Shown here piece after piece: positions 40,587-49,831 of a stretch of DNA of 64,000 nucleotides. Below the pieces are notes generated by a model. That model made no database searches and was not told the DNA's origin. It saw nothing but the letters and a program-made list of their open reading frames with translations. Source of the DNA: an uncultured Candidatus Rokubacteria bacterium (GTDB lineage: Bacteria; Methylomirabilota; Methylomirabilia; Rokubacteriales; DASRDR01); contig CAVPSB010000030.1 in the NCBI GenBank assembly GCA_963708025.1, positions 47,455 through 111,454 on the forward strand, written 5' to 3'. Position 1 is the first letter of the stretch; every line of letters starts with the position of its first letter. The position numbers and the translations under genes were made by a program.

Positions 40587-40778
40587 TCAGGCTTCATCGA
40601 CGCATCGGACGTGGACGCGTCCGCGCCCGCCCGCATCGTAGTATTCCTCGCCGGTGCGAATCTGCCGCCGGCAGCGCAGGCAGCGATACGGCGCGGTCCG
40701 GCCATGCCGCTGCGTGGACCGGCGCCGGGGGTACCGGCGAGCCTGCGGGTCCGTCAGCGGGCGAGGTGCGCGCGGCAT
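40587..40778 (-). CDS. Small basic zinc-finger-like protein (CxxC...HxxC)
   Basis: CLRCRRQIRTGEEYY...HVRC; starts 14 nt after the methyltransferase stop. Confidence 0.5.
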   Translation of the reverse strand: MPRAPRPLTDPQARRYPRRRSTQRHGRTAPYRCLRCRRQIRTGEEYYDAGGRGRVHVRCVDEA

Positions 40779-40792
40779 GGCCGTCCGGGAAT

Positions 40793-41467
40793 TCAGCTCG
40801 GCGACGGGCGTCGGCGCCCGAGCATCGCGAACCGGGTGAGGTTCGCCGGAAAGTCACCGGCGTGGAGCGTCTCCACCCGGATGTCGCCGAATCCGGCGCT
40901 CTCCAGCGCGAGGCGGAGCTGCGGGACGCGGTACGGCCGGAAGCGATACAGCTGGCCGAGGAGCGCGCCGGGTGGGCCCGCGCGGACCCCGAGCACCAGC
41001 AACAGCCCCCCCGGCTTGAGCAAGAGGTGGAGGCGCTCGAGGGTTTCTTGCAGCGGGACGTGCTCGAGAGCGGCGCCCGCGGTGATCGCGTCGTAGCCCC
41101 CGGGCGGCGGCACCAGCATCCGGCCGTCGTCCAGGCGGCGGAGTCGCTCGGGAGCCCCCAGATCCCCTTCGGCGATCGTCAGTCGCTCGGAGACCTCGGG
41201 CCGGCGCCGGGCGGAGCGTCGCATGACGGCTAGCATACGACGGTCAACGTCGAACGCAACCACTGCCGCCTGGGGGCAACGCCGGAGGAGGTAGTAGGCG
41301 ATGAGCCCGGTGCCGCAGCCGGCGTCCAGGATGTGTGGTTGCCCGGGTAGATCGAGAGGGAGCCGGTCCAGGAACCGTGTCAGCCCACGCCTGAATCCGG
41401 AGAGCGTCAGGGTCACGTCGTAGAGTGAGGCGATCCGCCCGTACGGCAGGCGCCCGGCCTCGCTCAT
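40793..41467 (-). CDS. Class I SAM-dependent methyltransferase
   Basis: ILDAGCGTG, YDAI and LLKPGG motifs. Confidence 0.88.
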   Translation of the reverse strand: MSEAGRLPYGRIASLYDVTLTLSGFRRGLTRFLDRLPLDLPGQPHILDAGCGTGLIAYYLLRRCPQAAVVAFDVDRRMLAVMRRSARRRPEVSERLTIAEGDLGAPERLRRLDDGRMLVPPPGGYDAITAGAALEHVPLQETLERLHLLLKPGGLLLVLGVRAGPPGALLGQLYRFRPYRVPQLRLALESAGFGDIRVETLHAGDFPANLTRFAMLGRRRPSPS

Positions 41468-41481
41468 CGCGCGCGTGTCCG

Positions 41482-43038
41482 TCAGGACAAGAGCGGCTCG
41501 CGCTGGCGCTGCCGGGCCTCCAGAAGTCCGTCAACCACGGAGCGGTCATTGGTCACACGGGGTATCTTGTGCTGATCGCCCAGCTTGCCGTGCTCGCGCA
41601 TCCAGCGGTGGAAGCTGCCGGGCGGTAGCTCCACCAGGCGGGGCGGCAGCATTCCGACGCCATCGGCTCGCTTCGTCCGGTAGTCCGGGTTGAGCCCGGC
41701 CAGGGCCTCGTCGAGCGCGCGCTCGAAGTCCTCGGGGCGGCGGGGCGGACGGCAGAACTCCACGAGCCAGTCGTGGCCCCCCCGCGGCTCCGATGCCGAC
41801 GGGTAGCGGGGCGCCACCGTGAACTCGACGACCTCGGCGTCCGTCCGCCGGCAGGCGTCCCGGAGCGTCCGCTCGACCTCCTCGACGATGACGTTCTCGC
41901 CGAAGGCGTTGACGAAGTGACGGACGCGGCCGGTGATGACGAGCCGGAGCGGGTCGCGCGCCGTGAAGCGCACGGTGTCGCCGAGAAGATAGGACCAGAG
42001 GCCGGCCGGAGTGGAGAGCGCGACCGCATACGGCCTATCCAGCTCGACATCGGCGACGCTGTGACGGCACGGCCACGCGCGCTCCAGGTCCTCGACCGGG
42101 ACGAACTCGTAGAAGAGGCCGTAGTCGAGCATGAGGGTGAGGCCGCCGCTCCGCTCGGTCTGGACCGCCACGAATCCCTCGGAGGCGGGGTACACCTCCA
42201 GGTAGTCGAGGGGCCGTCGAAGCCAGGCGTCGAAGAGCGAGCGGTATGGCACGAACGAGACCCCGCCGTGGATGAAGACCGAGAGGTTGGGCCAGCAGTC
42301 GGCCAGTGCGCCCTCCGCCCCGCCGGCCCCGGCGCCGGGCCGCCGCAGCTGGGCCACGCGCTCGAGGAGGATCAGCATCCAGGACGGCATGCCGGCCAGC
42401 AACCGGAGGTCCTGCCGCGCCACCAGCGAGGCCGTGGCGGCCAGCCGCGTCTCCCAGTCGCCGATGGCGGCGATCGCGGCCCCCGGCGAGTAGCGCTCGC
42501 GGAACCCGGGCGGCAGCGCGCGCACCGCGAGACCGGAGAGGTCGCCGAGCTGACCGCCGTCGCCGTAGGGCGCCAGGGTGGTGGTCCCGCCGAGGAAGAG
42601 CATCGGCCCGCCCAGCAGGTGACGGGCACCCGCCCGCTCGGCGGCCAGCAGGAAGGCGTCCCAGCCGCCCTTGCGGTGGGCGGCCAGCGCCTCGGGCGTC
42701 ACCGGGAGGGTCTTCTCCCCGGCCGTCGTCCCGGCCGTCTTGACCCACCGGAGCGGTCGTCCCGGCCAGGTGACGTCGCGTTCGCCGCGCGCGGCCCGGC
42801 CCCACCAGGACTGGAAGTCGAGGTAGCCGCGCAACGGAACCCGGGCCTGGTAGGCGGTGATCGATCGGATGCCCGCGAAGTCGTGCTGCAGGCCGAAGTC
42901 CGTGCGCGCCGCCCTCGCGACCAGCCGGAAGAGCGTCCCCTCCTGGGTCTCGGGGGCCCGCCGCCACAGGGCATCGAGGGCCCGCCGCCGTCGCGGTCCG
43001 TACCAGGCGAGCGCCGCCGCCACCGCCCGCGCGATCAT
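41482..43038 (-). CDS. GH3 family acyl-acid amido synthetase-like protein
   Basis: KTAGTT, YPASEG, FYEF, GLWSYLLGD, FGENV and QHKIPRV motifs. Confidence 0.85.
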   Translation of the reverse strand: MIARAVAAALAWYGPRRRRALDALWRRAPETQEGTLFRLVARAARTDFGLQHDFAGIRSITAYQARVPLRGYLDFQSWWGRAARGERDVTWPGRPLRWVKTAGTTAGEKTLPVTPEALAAHRKGGWDAFLLAAERAGARHLLGGPMLFLGGTTTLAPYGDGGQLGDLSGLAVRALPPGFRERYSPGAAIAAIGDWETRLAATASLVARQDLRLLAGMPSWMLILLERVAQLRRPGAGAGGAEGALADCWPNLSVFIHGGVSFVPYRSLFDAWLRRPLDYLEVYPASEGFVAVQTERSGGLTLMLDYGLFYEFVPVEDLERAWPCRHSVADVELDRPYAVALSTPAGLWSYLLGDTVRFTARDPLRLVITGRVRHFVNAFGENVIVEEVERTLRDACRRTDAEVVEFTVAPRYPSASEPRGGHDWLVEFCRPPRRPEDFERALDEALAGLNPDYRTKRADGVGMLPPRLVELPPGSFHRWMREHGKLGDQHKIPRVTNDRSVVDGLLEARQRQREPLLS

Positions 43039-43826
43039 CGGCACCCTCCGACCGCGAGCGCGGGCCGGCGCCGAGCCCGGGTGTCCTCGAGCCAGTCCTG
43101 CACGGCCGCCGCGAACACCTCGGGGCGCTCCAGCATCGGCGCATGGCCGCACTCCCCCAGGAGCACGAGGGTCGAGTCGGGAATCAGCGCGTGAAAGCGC
43201 CGGGCAACCTCGAGCGGCGTGACCCGATCGTCCCTCCCCCAGATGAGCAGGGTCGGCACGCGGATCTCGGGCAGCCGCGCCGCCAGGCTGTGGCGCTTGG
43301 CCGAGGCGGCGAGGCAAACCACCCGGCGGGCCAGCGCCCGGTCGGTCACGATGCGGCGGATCCGCTCCACCCATTCGGGCGTCACCAGGTCGGGATCGTA
43401 CAACACCTCCGTCATCTTCTGCCGCACGTACTCAGAGGTCGGGCGGTGCGGCACCCCGCGGGAGAACCCGCGCTCGAACAAGCCCGACGACCCGGCGAGG
43501 ATCAGCCCCGACACGCGATCAGGCCGGCTCAGGGCGAGCTCCAGCGCCAGATGGCCCCCGAGGGAGTTGCCGCCGACCACGGCGGTCGGGAAGTCCAGGA
43601 CGTCCAGGAAGTGCTGGACGTAGCTCGTCAGCTCCGGGAGCGAGACGGCCGGGACGGCCGGATCGAACAGCGGAAGGGACAGGGCCATGGCGCGGCAGGC
43701 GTCCTCCAGGGCGATCAGCGACGCCTCCCAGTGATCCATCTCGCCCATGAGGCCGTGCAACAGCAACACGGGCTCCCCGTCACCGCGCTCGAGCCAGCGA
43801 AAGCTCGAATGACCGACCGTGCTCAT
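43035..43826 (-). CDS. Alpha/beta fold hydrolase
   Basis: LHGLMG, GNSLGG, WGRDD and CGHAPM motifs; ATGA overlaps on both sides. Confidence 0.9.
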   Translation of the reverse strand: MSTVGHSSFRWLERGDGEPVLLLHGLMGEMDHWEASLIALEDACRAMALSLPLFDPAVPAVSLPELTSYVQHFLDVLDFPTAVVGGNSLGGHLALELALSRPDRVSGLILAGSSGLFERGFSRGVPHRPTSEYVRQKMTEVLYDPDLVTPEWVERIRRIVTDRALARRVVCLAASAKRHSLAARLPEIRVPTLLIWGRDDRVTPLEVARRFHALIPDSTLVLLGECGHAPMLERPEVFAAAVQDWLEDTRARRRPALAVGGCR

Positions 43827-44650
43827 GTGATCCTCCTCGTGAGCTGGGGGTAGACCATGGCGCCCCGGTGCCGGAGGGCCAGGAACCGGAGGAGGCTCCG
43901 GATCTGGAGGGAGAGGTGGCGGGGCACCTTGCCCGCGGTCCAGGACCAGTTGACGTGAGCCCGCGTCCGGCCGGCGGTCAGCGCGCGCCACAGCGCCGCG
44001 GAGTCCCGGCCGGGAAACCGGGTGACGGCACTGCCCAGGTACCAGACGTCGTGGGCGTCGCTGCCGGCCGTGACGGGGAGCAGCCACTCGACGTTCCGGA
44101 ACGCTGCCCAGGCGTCGTAGAGCCAGGAGAAGACGCCCGCGTTGTTGACCACCTCGAGGCCGTCCAGGGCGAGGTCCGGGATCATCTGTCCGAGAGAAGG
44201 GTGACCGCGAGCCCGACCGCGGTACGGATGGAAGGGATGGGCGGCGACGGCCAGGCCGCCCTGCGCGTGGATGAGGTCGATGGTCTCCCGCGCCGGCAGC
44301 CGAGGCGGCACCCGCTCCCGGAGGTACAGGCCGAGCAGGTGACCGTTGAGCGTGCTGATCTCCTCGCCGACGATCACGTTGACGCCGAGCTCCGGGTGCT
44401 CCCGCGCGAACTCCCGGCCCTGGAGCGCGCCGCGGATCTCGTCGTGGTCGGTGATGGCCAGCACGTCCACGCGTCCTGCCGCCGCCTGAACGACCGTCTC
44501 GGGCCAGTCGGCCCCATCGCTCCAGCAGGTGTGCACGTGGAGGTCGGCCCGGCCCGAGGCGAGCAGCCGCTGCCGTCCGTAACGGCGCGGCCGCCTCGGG
44601 CGCCGGGCGGGCGGCGTGAAGACCGGTCCGGTTCCGACAGGCGTGATCAT
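43823..44650 (-). CDS. PHP domain phosphoesterase
   Basis: ADLHVHT..SDG, ITDHD, GEEI, AAHP and GSDAH motifs. Confidence 0.9.
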   Translation of the reverse strand: MITPVGTGPVFTPPARRPRRPRRYGRQRLLASGRADLHVHTCWSDGADWPETVVQAAAGRVDVLAITDHDEIRGALQGREFAREHPELGVNVIVGEEISTLNGHLLGLYLRERVPPRLPARETIDLIHAQGGLAVAAHPFHPYRGRARGHPSLGQMIPDLALDGLEVVNNAGVFSWLYDAWAAFRNVEWLLPVTAGSDAHDVWYLGSAVTRFPGRDSAALWRALTAGRTRAHVNWSWTAGKVPRHLSLQIRSLLRFLALRHRGAMVYPQLTRRIT

Positions 44651-44780
44651 CCGAGGCCAGCATGCCCGCCTTCGGTCAAGGCGCTGCCAGCGCATTCGTG
44701 AAGTTTCCGTCTCGCTTCGATGGCGCCCGGTAATCCGAGGGTCATCGAGCTCGAGCCGGCCGTCGGGTACTGTGGACGGG

Positions 44781-45443
44781 ATGACGCCCCGACCCTCAGG
44801 CTGGCTGGCTGCCGAGCTGGTCGCCCTCTGGTTTCTGGTCCCCTTGCTGCTCTGGGCGGGGGCGTTCCCGGGCGTCCATCTCCTGGTCGTCCTCGCCCTG
44901 GCCGGGGGCGGCACCGCCGTGCTGGCGGTCGCGGCTGGAGCCCGCGGTCCGGCGCTCGGCCTTCGCGCGCGGCCTGGCCTCGGCGAATCCCTTCGGGCCG
45001 GCGCGCCGGGTGTCGCGGCCGCCGTCACCCTGCTCCCGCTGGTCGCGCTCGTCCTGCTCGGGCGCGACGGCCTGGGCGCGTGGCCCCGGGCCAGCGCGGA
45101 GGGACTGGTGGGGTTCCTTGTCGTCTACGCGGTCGTCTCGGTCACCGCGCAGGAGTGGCTGTTCTCCTCGTTCTTCTTCTGGCGCTATCGCCGGCTCGCC
45201 CGGGCGTCCATTCTCGACGCCGTCAACGTGGTCAGCTTCGGGCTGGCGCACCTCGTCTACGGGTCAGCGATCTCGGTCGGACTGTCGATGCTCGGACGGA
45301 TCCTGCTGGTTCGCGTGTACCGGCGGCAGAGGAACGTCTGGGCGGTCTGGATCCTTCATGTCGTGCTCGGCGTCGTCGTGTTTCTCGTCGGACTGGGGCG
45401 GTACTTCTATCGGCCGCTGGATCTTCCGATCGCACCGTACTGA
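44781..45443 (+). CDS. CPBP (CAAX/Abi) family intramembrane metalloprotease
   Basis: Multiple TM segments; QEWLF, FGLAH and terminal LH motifs. Confidence 0.7.
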   Translation: MTPRPSGWLAAELVALWFLVPLLLWAGAFPGVHLLVVLALAGGGTAVLAVAAGARGPALGLRARPGLGESLRAGAPGVAAAVTLLPLVALVLLGRDGLGAWPRASAEGLVGFLVVYAVVSVTAQEWLFSSFFFWRYRRLARASILDAVNVVSFGLAHLVYGSAISVGLSMLGRILLVRVYRRQRNVWAVWILHVVLGVVVFLVGLGRYFYRPLDLPIAPY

Positions 45444-46171
45444 ATGCGCGGCCTCTCCGGGAGCGGTGTGGAGGGCCACCCCGCCGGGTGCCGGGACGTG
45501 TCAGTCGCCTCGCTCGGCCGAGCGCGGATGGCCGCCCCGGCGGCGAGGGTTGGCGCCGGGGCCGGGTCGGACGATGGCTCGCCGGCTCGATCGGGGGCGC
45601 CGGGAGCCGGTAATCGGAGGGCTGCGCGCACCCCACCGTCCTCGAGGCGGGCGCCGACGATGTAGTACACCGTTTCGAGAGCGGGGAGGAGGGACCAGGC
45701 GTCGTTCGGAAAGCGCACCGCCAGGAAGAAGCCCCAGATCGACAGCACGGTGCCGACGTACTGGGGGTGCGAGAGGACCGAGAACGGGAAATCGCGGCAC
45801 CAGGGGACCTCGTGGCCCAGGATGTTCCCGTAGAAGACGCCCGCCGAGCCCAGGCGGTAGAACACGCTCCCGTTCAGGAGCTGCCCGGCGACGATCAGGA
45901 CGCCGCCGATCACGAGTGCCGCCGCGCTATTGTCCGGAGGCGCCGACGACCCCTGCTGGTGAACCCAGCACCAGCCCACGAACACCGACATCTGCAGCGC
46001 CTTGAAGCCGTAGAAGAGCTTCCGCACGATGGCGACCGGCTCGCCGAAGCGCGCGAGCCAGGGACGGGCGCACAGCCGCCGAAACGCACCGGGGGAACGC
46101 GCGATGCCCACGTAGCACGCCCGCTCGAGGGCCAGCACGACGGCGGCGACCAGCAGCGACCAGAGGGTCAC
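45407..46171 (-). CDS. PEMT/PLMT-type phospholipid N-methyltransferase
   Basis: LGSAGVFYG...VPWCRDFPFSVLSHPQYVG; C-terminal extension is uncertain. Confidence 0.78.
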   Translation of the reverse strand: MTLWSLLVAAVVLALERACYVGIARSPGAFRRLCARPWLARFGEPVAIVRKLFYGFKALQMSVFVGWCWVHQQGSSAPPDNSAAALVIGGVLIVAGQLLNGSVFYRLGSAGVFYGNILGHEVPWCRDFPFSVLSHPQYVGTVLSIWGFFLAVRFPNDAWSLLPALETVYYIVGARLEDGGVRAALRLPAPGAPDRAGEPSSDPAPAPTLAAGAAIRARPSEATDTSRHPAGWPSTPLPERPRIQYGAIGRSSGR

Positions 46172-46210
46172 TGCCGGTCGCCTCGTTGCGTGCGCGAGGT
46201 CGGCTGCACT

Positions 46211-48457
46211 TCACAGGCGACCGAGGTAACGGGGCGAGTAGGCGGCGACGTCCGTGATGGGATCGGTGAGGAGCTTCACGAACCACACCATCGCCAGACG
46301 CAGGTTGTGCGCCCACACGAGATAGGCCACGCGCCCGCCGACGACCACCAGCGTCCAGACGAACCACTCTCGCGCGACCGCCGCCGCCATCGATCCGAAT
46401 GCGGCGCCGGTCCAGGAGTCGGCCTGCACCAGGTGAGCGACGGGGATCAGCAGATAGGCGGCGAGGATCATCGTCTTGTTGCGCGTGTTGAACCCCAGCA
46501 GCAGCGCTTCCTTGTCGTGGCATGGCGGCTCCAGGACGGCGTGGCCGATTTGCCGCAGGAACAGGGCGGCCAGCCCGATCCACATCGCCGCGGTGAGATC
46601 CCAGAACACGAGCGCGTAGCAGCCGATGAACGCGCTCGAGCTGATGATGTGGAACAGCTGATTGACCACGTTGCTGTGCGATGCGTGGTGGTCGTCCCTC
46701 TTGCGCCGCATCACCTCCGCGTGGAAGCTCTGCACGGGTCGCGGGATCTGCACCAGGCTCCCCACCATTTCCCGCACGAGACGGACTCGCATGATCTTCT
46801 CCCTCCCGGGTTGCAGCTCGGCGCTCAGCCACCAGCCGTCGTCCTTCATGCGGCGAGCGGCCTGGATGAGCTTCGCCTGCAATGCCGCGTAGTCATCGGA
46901 CGTGAAGTCCATGCTGGTCAGGCACCGACCCGTGCCCACCCAGCTCAGCGTAACCCCCTCGGCCCGGAGATAGTACTGCAGCAGCCAGTTGTAGCGGCCG
47001 GGCTCCGTGAAGAGCACCGTCCAGATGGTGCCGAGGTGCACCACCCGGAGGGGCAGCGTCGCCTCGGCGAGTCCCCGATTGGTCGCCTGCACCCACCGGG
47101 CGCACCGCTCGTTCATGTCCTCGTAGAGGGAGGCCGTCGCCGGCTCGGCCAGCCAGCGAAGGAACTCGTTCATGGCCCCCATCACGACCGGGTGGGCGGA
47201 GAACGTGCCGACCACGAACGCCACGCGCATGGGGTGATCGGGATCGAAGCGCTGCATGAGCGCCCGCTTCCCGCAGACGACACCGATGGGCATGCCGCCG
47301 CCCACGGTCTTGCCGTAGACCACCATGTCCGCCTGGACTCCGAAGTACTCCTGCGCCCCGCCGGGAGCGAGCCGGAACCCCGTGTAGACCTCGTCGAAGA
47401 CGAGCGGGATGGCGCACCGGTCGCAGAGCTCGCGCAGCTGGCGCAGCCACCGGGCATACGCCGCCGAGGACTCGCTCATCTTCCGGACGCCGCTGGTCAG
47501 GAGGATGGCATCGCTCGGCGGCGGGGCGTTGGGGTGAAAGGACTGGATCGGATTGATCAGCACCGCCGCGATCTCCTTCGCACGCCGGCGAATGACGCCC
47601 AGCGATGCCGGATCGAGGTCCTTGAGCGTGAGACAGTCGTCGAGGGCGCGCTCGCTGCCCAGCCCGGGCTGCACGCCGTCCCACCAGCCGTGATAGGCCC
47701 CGGCGAAGCTCACGATGAGCTTCCGGCGGGTGTTGAAGCGGGCCAGCCGGACGGCGGCCATGACCGCTTCGGTGCCGCTCATGTGAAAGGACACTTCGTC
47801 CTGCTTCGACACGGCGCGGAGCATGGCGATGTTGTCGGCGACCAGCGGGTGGAGGGGCCCCAGCACCGGCCCGAGGTCCTGGACCCGCTCCAGGCCCTTG
47901 CGCATCCACTCCTTGTAACGCGTGAACCCCGCGACGTTGACGCCGTACGAGCCGCTCACGTCGAGCGTCGCGTGACCGTCGAGGTGCCGGAGCCGGGGAC
48001 CCTCCGACGCGGTGACGACGGCGCACAGGTTGAAGTGCTCCCGCATGAAGCGCGCGAAGGGGAACGGCACCCGGCTGGCGTCGGTGAAGCGCAGATCCGA
48101 GAAGCTGTCGCGGACTGCACGCTCCCAGGCAATGGACTGGGGATACTCCGCCCGGAAGGCGGCGGCCAGACGGCCGATGGCCGCCCGGCGACGCTCCACC
48201 CAGGGTTCCCCGGCGCCATCGGCCCGGAAGAACGCCTCATCCGAGTAGTCGCGCGCTTTCACCCAGCGCGACAGGCGCCGGGCCAGCATCGGCGTCAACG
48301 CCAGCGCGCGCCACGTCGCGACCGCCGCGACGGCCCGGCGCACGGCCAGGATGACGACGAGCCCACCGAGAGCGAGACCGAAGAGCAGCCAGCCGTTGCC
48401 GATCGACGGCAACCCGAAACACGTCGCCCAGCTCTGCAGCGGTTCGATCAGGAACAT
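46211..48457 (-). CDS. Class III aminotransferase (GSA-aminomutase-like fold) with N-terminal TM and C-terminal His-rich membrane domain (Mpo1/DUF962-like)
   Basis: SGTEAVM, YHGW, FDEVYTGFR, YGKTVGGG and GTFSAHP motifs; C-terminal HHASHSNVVNQLFH...RQIGHAVLEPP. Confidence 0.82.
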   Translation of the reverse strand: MFLIEPLQSWATCFGLPSIGNGWLLFGLALGGLVVILAVRRAVAAVATWRALALTPMLARRLSRWVKARDYSDEAFFRADGAGEPWVERRRAAIGRLAAAFRAEYPQSIAWERAVRDSFSDLRFTDASRVPFPFARFMREHFNLCAVVTASEGPRLRHLDGHATLDVSGSYGVNVAGFTRYKEWMRKGLERVQDLGPVLGPLHPLVADNIAMLRAVSKQDEVSFHMSGTEAVMAAVRLARFNTRRKLIVSFAGAYHGWWDGVQPGLGSERALDDCLTLKDLDPASLGVIRRRAKEIAAVLINPIQSFHPNAPPPSDAILLTSGVRKMSESSAAYARWLRQLRELCDRCAIPLVFDEVYTGFRLAPGGAQEYFGVQADMVVYGKTVGGGMPIGVVCGKRALMQRFDPDHPMRVAFVVGTFSAHPVVMGAMNEFLRWLAEPATASLYEDMNERCARWVQATNRGLAEATLPLRVVHLGTIWTVLFTEPGRYNWLLQYYLRAEGVTLSWVGTGRCLTSMDFTSDDYAALQAKLIQAARRMKDDGWWLSAELQPGREKIMRVRLVREMVGSLVQIPRPVQSFHAEVMRRKRDDHHASHSNVVNQLFHIISSSAFIGCYALVFWDLTAAMWIGLAALFLRQIGHAVLEPPCHDKEALLLGFNTRNKTMILAAYLLIPVAHLVQADSWTGAAFGSMAAAVAREWFVWTLVVVGGRVAYLVWAHNLRLAMVWFVKLLTDPITDVAAYSPRYLGRL

Positions 48458-49345
48458 CCCACTCTCCCTTCGCTGGTCAGGAGCGTTTCGAACCGACTCA
48501 CCACACGCTGCCAATCGACCGAGATCGCGTGCAGTCGAGCCTCCCGGCGCATCCTCTCGAGTGATCGTGGCGACCGCGCGAGGGTCGCCGCGCCCTCCAT
48601 GAAGGCGGCGGAGGCGCCGCAGCGGGCCAGCACACCCGTCTCGCCGTGCGTGATGTGCATGCCGGCGGCGGCGTAGTCGTAGGCGACGACGACCAGGCCA
48701 CTGGCCATGGCTTCCAGCGTCACGTTGCCGAACGTCTCCGTCTCGCTGGGGAAGAGGAACACGTCGGCGGAGGCGTAGCAGGTGGCCAGCTGGGTGCCGG
48801 TGCGCATCCCGCAGAAGACCAGGTCGGGGTGCGCCCGCTGGAGGGCGCCCCGCAGCGGCCCGTCGCCGACGATCACGAACCTCGGCGAGCCGCTGGACCG
48901 CTGCATGGCGCGGTAGGCGTCCACCGCGAGGCCGATGTTCTTCTCGGCTGCCACTCGCCCGACGTAGAGGACGGCCAGATCGTCCTCCCCGAGACCCCAC
49001 GACCGCCGCAGTGCCGCGCTGCGACGCTCCGGGGTGAAGAGCTCACTGTCGACCCCGCGGCCGAGCAGCGCCAGGTTCTCGAAGCCGGCGGCGCGCAGGC
49101 GGTCGCCGAGATCGACGCTGGCCACGAAGGTGCCGGCCGTGCGGTTGTGGAAGGTCCGGAGATACCGGAAGACCACGGGCCGCAGCCAGCCCGCCCGATA
49201 GTGCCGCGCGTAGCCGGGGAAGTTGGTGTGGAAGCCGCTGAAGGCGGGGATCCCGAGGCGCCGGGCGATGCTCACCGCCGACCACCCCAGCGGCCCTTCG
49301 GTCGCCACGTACACGACATCCGGCCGATCCGCCGTCCAGCGTCGC
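48448..49345 (-). pseudogene. Glycosyltransferase family 4, 5'-truncated at the junction
   Basis: PDVVYVATEGPLG, FHTNF, GRGVD, VGRVAAEKN and ETFGNVTLEAMASG motifs; N-terminal part missing. Confidence 0.85.
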
Positions 49346-49801
49346 CGACCCGATCAGCGACCCCAGGGACGAGTAGCGGGTGACCAGGATCACCCCGATG
49401 AACACGGGCAGGATGGCGAGCGCGATGAGCGGCTGGAACGCGAGCAGCCCGCCGAAGGCCGGCGCGACGCCGCGTCCGCCGCCGAAGCCCAGGAACGGGG
49501 AGCGGCTGTGGCCGATGATGACCGCCAGGCCTGCCAGGACCTCCACCTCGACCCCGGCCCCGAGGGCACGCGCGAGGAGCACGGCGACCGTCCCCTTGAC
49601 CATGTCCAGCAGTCCCGCCAGGAGCGCCAGGCGGGGCCCGATGGCCCGCATCGTGTTGGCGCCGCCCGTGCGGCCGCTGCCCATCGTGCGCGGGTCCGTG
49701 CCGCCGCTGACCTTGGCCACGATGACGCCGAACGGGATGCCGCCGATCAGGTAGGCGGCGGCCACGATGAGGACGGCGCGCAGGAGGTCGAAGGGTTCCA
49801 C
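49346..49801 (-). pseudogene. plsY: Glycerol-3-phosphate acyltransferase PlsY, 3'-truncated at the junction
   Basis: YLIGGIPFG, GSGRTGGAN, DMVKG, GH..PF..F.GGRGVA and YSSLGS motifs; last helices missing. Confidence 0.85.
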
Positions 49802-49831
49802 GGCTGCGGAGTATAGGCCCGGCGAGGATCC

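Noticed and set aside
43035-44663. 542-aa ORF suggesting an N-terminally extended hydrolase
   Set aside because: The upstream part is an alternative frame of the PHP gene; the real start is 43826 with an RBS and ATGA overlap
44730-44773. Additional Pho-like box (GTAAT-N6-GTCAT) between the PHP and CPBP genes
   Set aside because: Only two repeats and the -10 spacing does not match the other sites; possible but unsupported
46211-49000. 929-aa ORF as a glycosyltransferase-aminotransferase fusion
   Set aside because: GT4 is in a different frame with its own stop at 48448; the aminotransferase starts at about 48457
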